Sequence record: MG592671.1
Reading direction: 5' to 3' (one strand)
DNA length: 64,000 bases
The first letter of the stretch is position 1, and each line of letters starts with the position of its first letter. The notes under the pieces are model-generated. The model was not told the origin of the DNA and searched no databases. It saw only the letters and a list, made by a program, of their open reading frames with translations. The translations under genes and the position numbers were made by a program. Shown here piece after piece: positions 40,664-49,933 of the stretch.

Positions 40664-40828
40664 AGATATAGTATATCGAATTTAATACCAACATTACGTG
40701 TGGTCACTCCCACACGTAATGTTACAATAGAGTACACTAAAGATGTAACGTATTCTGCAAATAGTATTTTGTGGAAAGTAGATATTACACTTTTTGAAAA
40801 ACCACATATAAATTACAAGGAGCGTAAT

Positions 40829-43699
40829 ATGTATATTGACGCAATGTTTGATCGTAAGAAGGACTGTATTCGTGTCGCTGAGCGTATTAATGGTAAGAGA
40901 CTTTTACGAGATATTAGGCCAGTATACGAGTTTTATGCAGAAGATCCCCAAGGAACTATTACCTCAGTAACTGGTAAAGCTGTAACTCACCACCGTTTTT
41001 CATCAAATAAGGACATGAAACTAGCCGCAGCGTCATTTAAATCCCAAGGATTGGACGTTTTCGAATCAGATGTAAATGTCCTTAATAAGACACTAGCATA
41101 TGAATATAAGAACGAACCAGCACCAAATCCTAATATTGCGTTCTTCGATATTGAAACTGATTTTGATAAAATACGAGGTTACGCTCCTGTAGATAATCCG
41201 TTCAATAAGATAACTGCTGTATCTTTATATTTGGATTGGAAATCAGAGTTACTGATGTTGGCGTTAAAGCCACAAGCAATGTCACAGGCAGAGGCAGAAT
41301 CCATTGTAGGGGGATTTGATTCCCACGAAGGAACTGTTATTTTATGTCCTGATGAAAAACATATGTTAAATTTATTTTTCCAACTTATTGAAGACGCTGA
41401 CATTCTTTCAGGGTGGAACAGTGAGTTCTATGATATCCCATATATGGTAAATCGAACTGAAATGGTAATGTCAAAAGCTGACACTACTCGTTTTTGTTTA
41501 TGGGGACAGACGCCAAAGCCTAAAACAGTTGAGAAGTTCGGCACTGAGTCACCAACTTATGATTTAGTAGGACGAATCCATATGGATTATCTGGCGTTGT
41601 ATAGAAAACACACATATCAGGAATTGCCATCGTATAAACTAGATGCAATCGGCGAGCGCGAGGTTGGAGAGAACAAGGTTGAGTACGAGCGAACTCTAGA
41701 TCACCTGTACAACTTTGAGTTTGGTAAATTCTTAGAATACGGTTTGCAGGATAGTAAACTGTTAAAACTTCTAAATGACAAGCTAGATTACATTTCACTA
41801 CATAACCAAATGGCACACGATGAATCAGTTTGTATATCAACAACTATGGGATCAGTTGCTCTGATTGACACAGCTATTATCAACGAGATACATACATGGG
41901 GCGAGGTTGTTTTTGATAAAATGATTAAGCCAGAACCAGAGCATGGCGCAGCAGGTGCTTGGGTAGCAGACCCAGTTAAAGGCGTGCACGATTATATTGG
42001 GTGTATTGATTTAAACTCTCTATATCCGTCAGTGCTAAGATCACTAAAGATGTCAACTGAGTCTATTATCGGTCAAGTACGTCATATTTTCACAGATGAG
42101 CATTTAAAATCAGCTATTGACAAGCAACGCTTAGAGTTCAAAGGTCGACCTGAGAACTTCAAACCTAGTTGGACTGAAGCATGGCACGGACTTTTTGCTT
42201 GTATTGAACATACAAAAATTATGAATCAAACTGACGATGATATGATCATTGATCTAGAAGATGGCACAACGTTAGAGATGACTGCATCGGAAATTTATGA
42301 TTTTATCTTTAGTGAAGGGTCGAACATTGTTATTAGTGCTAATGGGACATTATACGACAACACAAAAAGAGGTGCTATCCCAAGCATACTTACACGTTGG
42401 TATCAAGAACGACAGCTAATGCAACGCGCAGTGATGGATTTTACGAGATTATCTGGATTTTCAGAAAATGAAGATGAGCGTGGGATGACTGATGATCAGA
42501 TATCAGTTGTTTTAAATGGATTTAATAGTAAGCAGTGGATAGAACACAATGTTCCAGAATTGACTTTGGAAAAACGAGATGATAATAAGTGGTATGCTAC
42601 TGATGGAAAACTGGCTAAAGTGAAAGCGGCATTCTACAAACAGCAACAACAAATTCGAAAAATCTTGTTGAACTCACTATATGGTGCATTACTTAATAAA
42701 GGGTCTCGATTTTTTGATCAGCGTTTAGGACAATCAGTTACTCTTACTGGGCGTAGTATTACTAAGCACATGGCATGTAAGATCAACGAAGAAATGACTG
42801 GCAACTTTGATTATGTTGGGGGACCAATCGTATACGGTGACACGGATTCAGTGTACTTCAGTGTCCAAAAATATCTAAATGAGCAAAATGATACTACTGC
42901 ACTGTCTAAAGAGGATGTTGTTGATCTTTACTTACAAGTTGCTGAAAATGTTGACGAATCATTTCCAGGATTTATGAATAGTACATTTAATACTGGATTA
43001 GGGAATGGTAAGATTATTGCCGCAGGTCTTGAAATTGCCGGCACTCGTGGACTGTTCTTGAAGAAAAAGCGTTATGGTATTTTGAAATATTGGGAAGACG
43101 GCTTCCGTTTAGATACTGGTGGCAAACCAGGAAAACTAAAGGCTATGGGTATGGAGATTAAACGTTCCGATACTCCTAAGTATATCCAAGATCACCTAAG
43201 TGACGTGTTCACTGATCTATTAGTGGGATCAGAAGCTCCTAAGCTAAAAGAAAAAGTTATGGAGTTTAAGAAGCAGTTTAAGGTGATGGACTCGTGGAGA
43301 AAAGGTGCTCCTAAAACAGTGAAAAACCTAACCAATAGAACTAAAGAATACAGAGATACTGGAAAATGCAAAGTAGGTCACGTACTAGCTAGCATCCATT
43401 GGAACGATTTGAGAAAAATGAATAACGATCACGAATCTCCTGAAATTATTGACGGAACGAAAATAGTAGTGTGTCAGTTAACAACAAACCCTTTAGGTAT
43501 GGATTCAGTTGCGTTTCCAGCCGAAATGATAGATAGGTTACCAGAATGGTATACAACACTGCCATTTGATGTTGGTGGTATGGAAGAAGCCATCTTAACA
43601 AAAAAACTAGATAATTTATTTGGTATTTTAGATATGGATTTAGGAATCTTCGAAGATCCTAACTCAGCAGCAAATAATACAGATTTATTTGACTGGTAG
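40829..43699 (+). CDS. gp43: Family B DNA polymerase (gp43-like)
   Basis: Exo I FFDIETDF, Exo II GWNSEFYDIPY, DLNSLYPS, KILLNSLYG, YGDTDS, KKRY. True start likely ATG 40829 (AAGGAG RBS) rather than GTG 40700. Confidence 0.95.
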   Translation: MYIDAMFDRKKDCIRVAERINGKRLLRDIRPVYEFYAEDPQGTITSVTGKAVTHHRFSSNKDMKLAAASFKSQGLDVFESDVNVLNKTLAYEYKNEPAPNPNIAFFDIETDFDKIRGYAPVDNPFNKITAVSLYLDWKSELLMLALKPQAMSQAEAESIVGGFDSHEGTVILCPDEKHMLNLFFQLIEDADILSGWNSEFYDIPYMVNRTEMVMSKADTTRFCLWGQTPKPKTVEKFGTESPTYDLVGRIHMDYLALYRKHTYQELPSYKLDAIGEREVGENKVEYERTLDHLYNFEFGKFLEYGLQDSKLLKLLNDKLDYISLHNQMAHDESVCISTTMGSVALIDTAIINEIHTWGEVVFDKMIKPEPEHGAAGAWVADPVKGVHDYIGCIDLNSLYPSVLRSLKMSTESIIGQVRHIFTDEHLKSAIDKQRLEFKGRPENFKPSWTEAWHGLFACIEHTKIMNQTDDDMIIDLEDGTTLEMTASEIYDFIFSEGSNIVISANGTLYDNTKRGAIPSILTRWYQERQLMQRAVMDFTRLSGFSENEDERGMTDDQISVVLNGFNSKQWIEHNVPELTLEKRDDNKWYATDGKLAKVKAAFYKQQQQIRKILLNSLYGALLNKGSRFFDQRLGQSVTLTGRSITKHMACKINEEMTGNFDYVGGPIVYGDTDSVYFSVQKYLNEQNDTTALSKEDVVDLYLQVAENVDESFPGFMNSTFNTGLGNGKIIAAGLEIAGTRGLFLKKKRYGILKYWEDGFRLDTGGKPGKLKAMGMEIKRSDTPKYIQDHLSDVFTDLLVGSEAPKLKEKVMEFKKQFKVMDSWRKGAPKTVKNLTNRTKEYRDTGKCKVGHVLASIHWNDLRKMNNDHESPEIIDGTKIVVCQLTTNPLGMDSVAFPAEMIDRLPEWYTTLPFDVGGMEEAILTKKLDNLFGILDMDLGIFEDPNSAANNTDLFDW

Positions 43700-43829
43700 C
43701 GTAATATGCAGCTAAACATTTGGCTGCATTATTTTTGATACGTTATCACGCAAAATGTTATAATTAATTAATAAACATAGCAAGACAAAGTTTTGCTAGA
43801 AAAAAAACTAAACTACAAGGAAATGCCCC

Positions 43830-44549
43830 ATGCAAGATATTCTAAGAGATGTTGTTCGCTCAACTAATGGTTTCGGATTTGAAGTAATTAAAATCACTGC
43901 AACTGATGAAGGTTGTACAATTGAAGCTGTAAACGGCGAACGCACTGTAATTATGAAAGGCAAAACAAAGGCGCCTGTTGCAGAACTAACTGGTACTTTT
44001 GGTATCTCAAACCTAGGCTTTTTGAATGGCATGTTGAATCTCCCAACGTATCAAGAAAGCTCTGCAACTGTTAGTATGTCTACAAATGCTAACAATGAAC
44101 CAGAAGAGATCGTATTTAAGAATGGCCGTTCTAAGTCAGTTTACCGTTTAATGGCAGAACGAGCAATTGTGAAACAGCCAAATTTCAAAGCACCAGCTTG
44201 GGACGTAGAGAGTACCCCAACTGTTGAAGCTGTTAAAACGTTTAAAGCTCACGCAAGTGTTTTTGGAGCTATTTCAGCACGATTCAAGCCTGAAGTACAA
44301 GGTGATGAGCTAGTATTTAATATTGGTGATAGTGCAGCGTCTAACCATAGCGATGTTGTTGTATTTTCAGAAACAGACGCTACTGGACTAAAAGGTGGCT
44401 ATGAATATCCGATTGACAAAGTACAGACTGCTCTAGGCATGTGTGCAAATGCTGATGTTGAACTAAAATTCAGCGAGAAAGGCGTTGCCCAAATTGATGT
44501 TGATACTGGCTTACTTGAGCTAAGTTTTGTGTTTCCTGGCCACGCCTGA
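43830..44549 (+). CDS. Sliding clamp (gp45-like)
   Basis: 239 aa, follows polymerase; FGISNLGFLNGML, KSVYRLMAERAI typical of T4-like clamps. Confidence 0.7.
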   Translation: MQDILRDVVRSTNGFGFEVIKITATDEGCTIEAVNGERTVIMKGKTKAPVAELTGTFGISNLGFLNGMLNLPTYQESSATVSMSTNANNEPEEIVFKNGRSKSVYRLMAERAIVKQPNFKAPAWDVESTPTVEAVKTFKAHASVFGAISARFKPEVQGDELVFNIGDSAASNHSDVVVFSETDATGLKGGYEYPIDKVQTALGMCANADVELKFSEKGVAQIDVDTGLLELSFVFPGHA

Positions 44550-45245
44550 TGGATTGGGGTAAAGATTACTACGGTTTTGTTTACCTCTGGTTTGATGCAA
44601 AAAGAAGAAAATTTTGTGTAGGGTCGCATCACGGCTCTACACAAGACGGATATATCACATCAACAGGTCATATGCCTAGAGCATATAAAAAAAAGACCAC
44701 AAGATTTCAAGCGTCGAATTTTACAGTATAACACTGATATAAATGATTTCTTAGATACTCAAAAATTGGAACAAAATTGGCTAAATTTAATCAAAGATGA
44801 AGAACTAGATTTGTCTGAAAATGCTAATACTGTCCGATATTACAATAGAAAGAAAGCTGCTACTGGTTGTGGTTTTAAAGGAAAACGACATACTAAGGAA
44901 TACTGTGAGACAATGAGTGCTAATAGAACAGGTACTCAAAATCCCATGTATGGTAGAGAGCAAACGGATGACGGACTAGCTGCATTACAGAAGGGTTGGG
45001 ATTCAGAAAATAGCATCAACAAAAGAGGATGTACTGATGAAGAACTATGTAAAGCAGTATGGGGTAGAGCTAAAGGTTGGTTTTTAACTCCTAAAGGATC
45101 ATTTATTTCTTCTCAGTTAGCAGCAGAAATAAATGACGTCCCAGATTATACTATTAGAAAATGGTGTCATAATAGATACGATAAATCTAATTCTAGAACG
45201 ATACTCCCTGAAGATGAAAACTTGTGGGGTTTTAAACCTAAATAG
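44549..45245 (+). pseudogene. GIY-YIG (Seg-like) homing endonuclease split by a +1 frameshift in an A8 run
   Basis: GFVYLW...FCVGSHHGSTQDGYITS; removing one A from 44687-44694 gives AYKKRPQDFKRRILQY...LEQNWL continuing into ORF 44766-45245. Confidence 0.8.
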
Positions 45246-45304
45246 AACAGATTATTTTTTAAGGGACTTGTCAAGTCCCTTTCATTAAGACTATAGGAGC
45301 AAGG

Positions 45305-47095
45305 ATGAAACCAGCAAAGCAAGACGCAGCTAGACTAAAAATACATAACGATTATAGACAGCGTCGTCCGTTAGATAAAGGACTTGAAGCACAAACTGTT
45401 GATCTAACAGTGAATCAAAAAGATTTTGCAGTGCATTTGCCTGCGAGCATGGAGATACCATTCAATATGACTCGCTGGGGTGAGAATGAACAAACAGGCC
45501 AACGTTGTGTTGATTTTATGCAAAAAGATAACGGTGCGTTTTACTATAATTGGTCATTGTACTCCGCTGGTCATGCAAAGAATGTGCCAACCCTAATTAA
45601 GAAAGATTTGTTTATCAACAGGGATCCTGATGGTATCTTGTTTGGAGATTCTGGCGGATTCCAAGCAGCAGTTGGATCAGGAGTGCATGGAGACATGGAT
45701 TGGTCACATATCCCGTCAGTGGATGATTTATGTCAAAAAACACTAGATTGGCTAGAAGCGACATCTAACTATTCAATGATTCTCGATTTACCAACATTTG
45801 TGTTAGGTAAAAATGATAAGATTGTATCTCACGAGCAATGCCTACAGCAGACAATGTATAATATTGAATACTTTCTAGCGCATCGAGAGCCAGGTAAAAC
45901 TAACTTCTTGAATGTACTACAAGGCCTTGATGAGCACGACACTGATGAATGGTATAACGCTGTTAAGAAATTTAATAACCCTGAAACTGTACTAGATCAA
46001 GAATATTACTACATTCCATTAGCACAAATGCCAAACCCCATTGAGCCTAAAGAGGTTGCTAAGCCAGAAAAGCTCTCTGAAAATAGTTCTTTAGCTGAGG
46101 AAGAGAAATTTAAAGAAGATGAGAAAAAGTACAAAAAGTATCGAGTCGAGTTGAATTTATATAAAAAGGCCTTAAAACGCAAACCGGAAACTTTAGCTAG
46201 TATTGTTGATATTGACGGTTTTAAGTACATTAAGGCAAAATCACCATGGGTAAAAAAGTTCGGTTCTAACACAAAGCTAGGAGACCGAGCACTTGAAGGA
46301 TGGGCAATGTCAGGACACATGGTACATAATGTTGATTTAGCGTTACGTCAATTCTGCATTTTATTGCGTGACGGGAACATCGATGATCGACAACACTGGG
46401 TACACATGCTAGGATTAGCAACTATGAAAGCTGCTGTAACGCTAACAGCGATACAGCGTAAGATTCGAACTCTGCCTGGTTGTGAAAACTTCGTCATTAG
46501 TTATGATAGTTCAAGCGCATCACAATTTATGCAGTTTGGCAAGATGATTATCGGAGCATACTCTGATCCAGTATCTAAGGTGGCTACATTCACGCTATGG
46601 AAGCCACCAGCAGACTATGGTTCGTGCGGCTCTAAGCAGTTAATTAAAGATTCATTAGCATACCATGATGCTAATCAGCCTAAGGAAAAGGAACTTAGGA
46701 CTGATTTAAAGAAAAATGAGATACGATTTGAAACTTACGTGATGAATAATATCAGTGTTGGTGATTTATGCTATAAGTTACCCACAGAGCCAGGAAATCG
46801 CCCGTGGGATACAACATCTAATAGTTTTGTTTACTGTCAAAATGTAGAAGCTATTATTCGTAGTTTTCAATGGATTAACGAAATGGCAGATGCTGATAGG
46901 ACAGATGTAGTAGAGCCGGAACTACTTGATTTTAAAAACAGAATCATACATGAGATTTTTTCTGATCCAGATCCAGTACAGGCAGTGACGCACTACCAAA
47001 CTATAATTAGGCCACTGTTCGCAAAAGAGATTATACCTAATAAGTGTAGTTCGCATCACAATGTTCTAAATAACAATGATTTATTTGGGTGGTAA
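45305..47095 (+). CDS. dpdA: tRNA-guanine-transglycosylase-like DNA-modifying enzyme (DpdA, probably DpdA2-type)
   Basis: TGT-fold motifs FGDSGGFQ, MILDLP, NVLQG, GWAMSG, HMLG, SYDSSS; no TGT CxCxxC zinc site seen; clustered with que genes. Confidence 0.8.
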   Translation: MKPAKQDAARLKIHNDYRQRRPLDKGLEAQTVDLTVNQKDFAVHLPASMEIPFNMTRWGENEQTGQRCVDFMQKDNGAFYYNWSLYSAGHAKNVPTLIKKDLFINRDPDGILFGDSGGFQAAVGSGVHGDMDWSHIPSVDDLCQKTLDWLEATSNYSMILDLPTFVLGKNDKIVSHEQCLQQTMYNIEYFLAHREPGKTNFLNVLQGLDEHDTDEWYNAVKKFNNPETVLDQEYYYIPLAQMPNPIEPKEVAKPEKLSENSSLAEEEKFKEDEKKYKKYRVELNLYKKALKRKPETLASIVDIDGFKYIKAKSPWVKKFGSNTKLGDRALEGWAMSGHMVHNVDLALRQFCILLRDGNIDDRQHWVHMLGLATMKAAVTLTAIQRKIRTLPGCENFVISYDSSSASQFMQFGKMIIGAYSDPVSKVATFTLWKPPADYGSCGSKQLIKDSLAYHDANQPKEKELRTDLKKNEIRFETYVMNNISVGDLCYKLPTEPGNRPWDTTSNSFVYCQNVEAIIRSFQWINEMADADRTDVVEPELLDFKNRIIHEIFSDPDPVQAVTHYQTIIRPLFAKEIIPNKCSSHHNVLNNNDLFGW

Positions 47096-47122
47096 TACAC
47101 CCAAAATTAACGGAGAATAAAA

Positions 47123-48235
47123 ATGTTTAACGAATTATTTGATTTCAATGATAGATATCGTAGCACTACATCTGATGAATTAGCAGACCAGATAGATAAG
47201 TATTTGACAACAACTAATAATCCTCCACTTAAGAAATACCAAGTTATGAGTACTGATTATGGTGCTGAATGGGAAATTGCAGACATTGACCGCAGTTGTA
47301 CGTTACCAGAAGGGCTAACTTGGGATGGCAAAGATCAAACAGTAATGAATACTAATGGCATTGCAACTGACCCGCACCTTAACTCTGAAATTAGAACATG
47401 GAATTATGGTGGTGAAATGAACACCAAGCCATGTAACACTATTGATGAAATAGTTGAGTTGTTTAAAACACTACTACGCAATCAACCAGAATGTACTGTT
47501 AATAACTCGTGTAACTTGCATAATCACTATAGGATTCCAGGATTGGACGTGGATGGATTGAAACGCGTCGTATCCTATTATTATGTCTATCGAGATGAAA
47601 TGATTGAAGTATCAGACTATATCCCTACACCTAGCGAGCAAGGGTATAACGCATCAAATTGCTCAACGAGCGATTTAAAGATAGTTGAAGACCGCTACAA
47701 ACATCACACTAAGCCATTAGGTGGGTCGAGACACGGAGATCTTCCAGAGTTTGTTCTGCTGAATAAGCTATTAGCAGAAGATGAAGAGTCATTCCACCAA
47801 GCAAGTGTTATTACACAAAGTGGGGTTGATACTTTAGATGCTAATGCTGCTCGAGCTAGTATTAACACGTGGCAAATGCGTAAATCTCGATCAAAAGAGC
47901 ATGCTGACATTGAATATGAGAAACGACCGTTTGCTGAATCTGGGACTATTGAAATGCGAATGCATCATGGAACAACTGATGTTGAAAAATACAAAAATAG
48001 TATTATTTGGGACATTAACATCTTAAACGCAGCCTTGAACACTGGTGAAACCCCACGTGAGATATTTGATCGTTTATGGGAAGGAAAATCCCAAAAAGAC
48101 GTTCTCCCAACATACATCCCTGTTGATTTAGAAAAATATAAAATCTTCAAGATGACTAAAAATGATGGATCAAACGCACGTAGGTCACTAGTAAAGGCCA
48201 CAATTAATGATCTCAAAAACACAGGCAAAATTTAA
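47123..48235 (+). CDS. Putative amidoligase (COOH-NH2 ligase, glutamine-synthetase-like fold)
   Basis: DYGAEWE, GGEMNTKP, NNSCNLHNHYRIP, SINT, TIEMRMHHGT match the GxExE / E..P / SCxxHxH / TxExR..GT pattern. Confidence 0.75.
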   Translation: MFNELFDFNDRYRSTTSDELADQIDKYLTTTNNPPLKKYQVMSTDYGAEWEIADIDRSCTLPEGLTWDGKDQTVMNTNGIATDPHLNSEIRTWNYGGEMNTKPCNTIDEIVELFKTLLRNQPECTVNNSCNLHNHYRIPGLDVDGLKRVVSYYYVYRDEMIEVSDYIPTPSEQGYNASNCSTSDLKIVEDRYKHHTKPLGGSRHGDLPEFVLLNKLLAEDEESFHQASVITQSGVDTLDANAARASINTWQMRKSRSKEHADIEYEKRPFAESGTIEMRMHHGTTDVEKYKNSIIWDINILNAALNTGETPREIFDRLWEGKSQKDVLPTYIPVDLEKYKIFKMTKNDGSNARRSLVKATINDLKNTGKI

Positions 48236-48297
48236 TTGAGTTGGTAGTCGCCAACTATAATGTTATAATTAAGTAACACAAAACACGGAGTTTAAAA

Positions 48298-49197
48298 ATG
48301 AGTATCGATAAAACTAAAGAACAGGCTAGCAAATTTCTTGGCAATGATGTTGAATATAAAGATCAATACGACAAGAGTTTATTAGTACCTGTTGAAAGAG
48401 TGCATAATCGCACTAAGTACGCTATCGAAGAGAATAACCTGCCGTTTGTAGGGTTTGACACTTGGAATGCTTTTGAAGTATCGTTCCAGTTAAAGAACGG
48501 GTTACCAGTCGCAGCAGTAGCTAAGATTAGCTATCCTTGTAACACCCACAGTATTATTGAATCAAAATCCATTAAGTTATATTTGAACAGTTATAACATG
48601 ACTAAGTTCGACATGACTAAAGGCGAAGCGTTGACGTTTGTAGGAGATCAAATTGCCAAAGATCTAAGTGAGATTTTAGGCGGCGATGTAGATTGTACTT
48701 TACACGTTAATGAGTTTGACGGCCCAGAGCAAGTTTTTGACACAAGTGAATTTACTGATATTGAGCAATTAGTTGACGGTGAGCACATTATTTTTGATCA
48801 ATATAATGAAACACCTGATATTCTAAAGAAAAAGCGCGGGAAAGGCGGATACATTGCAGTCTCTACTAGTTTACTTCGCTCTAATTGTCGTATTACTAAT
48901 CAACCAGATTGGGGTGATGCATATATTATTATGGATGGAGATTCTCTTCCAACTATGGAATCATTACTCCAGTATATTGTGTCTTTCCGTAAGGAATCGC
49001 ACTTCCATGAAGAATGTTGCGAGATGTTATTTAAACGACTTATGGACAAGTTTAATCCTGATGAGCTGATGGTAACTTGCTTATACACACGCCGTGGTGG
49101 CATAGACATTAATCCATCAAGAGCTACACACGAGTATTTGCTTCCGGAATTGCTTGCTGATACAGAGATTTTAACAGCTAAGACTATGCGTCAGTAA
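48298..49197 (+). CDS. queF: preQ0 (7-cyano-7-deazaguanine) reductase, bimodular gammaproteobacterial type
   Basis: IIESKSIKLYLNS, LRSNCRITNQPDWG, HFHEECCE, RRGGIDINP. Confidence 0.95.
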   Translation: MSIDKTKEQASKFLGNDVEYKDQYDKSLLVPVERVHNRTKYAIEENNLPFVGFDTWNAFEVSFQLKNGLPVAAVAKISYPCNTHSIIESKSIKLYLNSYNMTKFDMTKGEALTFVGDQIAKDLSEILGGDVDCTLHVNEFDGPEQVFDTSEFTDIEQLVDGEHIIFDQYNETPDILKKKRGKGGYIAVSTSLLRSNCRITNQPDWGDAYIIMDGDSLPTMESLLQYIVSFRKESHFHEECCEMLFKRLMDKFNPDELMVTCLYTRRGGIDINPSRATHEYLLPELLADTEILTAKTMRQ

Positions 49198-49243
49198 CTA
49201 CTACCTAAGGGGCTAGGTAGGTCCCTTATATTAAGGAGACATT

Positions 49244-49873
49244 ATGTTTAACCTAGAGTACAATATAAAAACATTAAGTTGTTTTTCTTTGTTCCATATA
49301 TTCATTATTGCATTGTCAAACTATGCAGTGCAATTCCCGATTAATTTGTTTGGGTTCCATTCAACATTAGGCGCTTTCACCTTCCCGTTTATCTTTTTAG
49401 CAACTGATCTCACTGTTCGTGTATATGGCGCACAAGCTGCTCGCAAGATAATTACTATAGGCATGCTTCCTGCACTTGTTGTGTCATATATAGTCAGTAT
49501 TGTATTTTTTAATGGCGACTATCAAGGACTTCAGGGATTGTACGAATTTAACACGTTTGTATTCCGTATAGCTCTTGCTAGTTTTGCAGCTTATACAATT
49601 GGACAGGTTTTAGACATTGTAGTATTCAACAAATTACGTGACTTGAAAACATGGTGGGTCGCGCCAGCTTGTTCTAATGTGTTTGGTGCTGCCATTGATA
49701 CGATTGTGTTCTTTAGCATTGCATTTTACATGAGTTCAGATGCATTTATGGCAGCTAACTGGGTAGAAATTGGCATTGTTGACTATTTCATAAAAATTGC
49801 GGTTGCTTTGTTAATGTTCCTTCCGTTATACGGAGTGCTACTAACAGCGATATCGAAGCGTATTCACAAGTAA
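49244..49873 (+). CDS. yhhQ: preQ0/preQ1 transporter
   Basis: Multi-TM; FPFIFLATDLTVRVYG, RIALASFAAY..GQVLDI.VFNKLR, WWVAP..S..FG..IDT. Confidence 0.92.
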   Translation: MFNLEYNIKTLSCFSLFHIFIIALSNYAVQFPINLFGFHSTLGAFTFPFIFLATDLTVRVYGAQAARKIITIGMLPALVVSYIVSIVFFNGDYQGLQGLYEFNTFVFRIALASFAAYTIGQVLDIVVFNKLRDLKTWWVAPACSNVFGAAIDTIVFFSIAFYMSSDAFMAANWVEIGIVDYFIKIAVALLMFLPLYGVLLTAISKRIHK

Positions 49874-49933
49874 TGTTATAATTAAAGTGTAGCCTAGCTA
49901 CACTTTAATAATCTGCGTAATAGCAGCCGGGAC

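Noticed and set aside
40700-40828. GTG-started N-terminal extension of the DNA polymerase in the ORF track
   Set aside because: No RBS; the region holds a palindrome and promoter; strong RBS precedes ATG 40829.
45305-47095. Canonical bacterial tRNA-guanine transglycosylase (Tgt)
   Set aside because: No CxCxxC/H zinc site seen, with long N-terminal and internal insertions; better fits phage DpdA. tRNA activity cannot be excluded without assay.
49893-49903. CUAGCUACAC, identical to a known preQ1 aptamer loop segment
   Set aside because: It lies within the 13-bp hairpin and lacks the P1 stem and A-rich tail; treated as coincidence.
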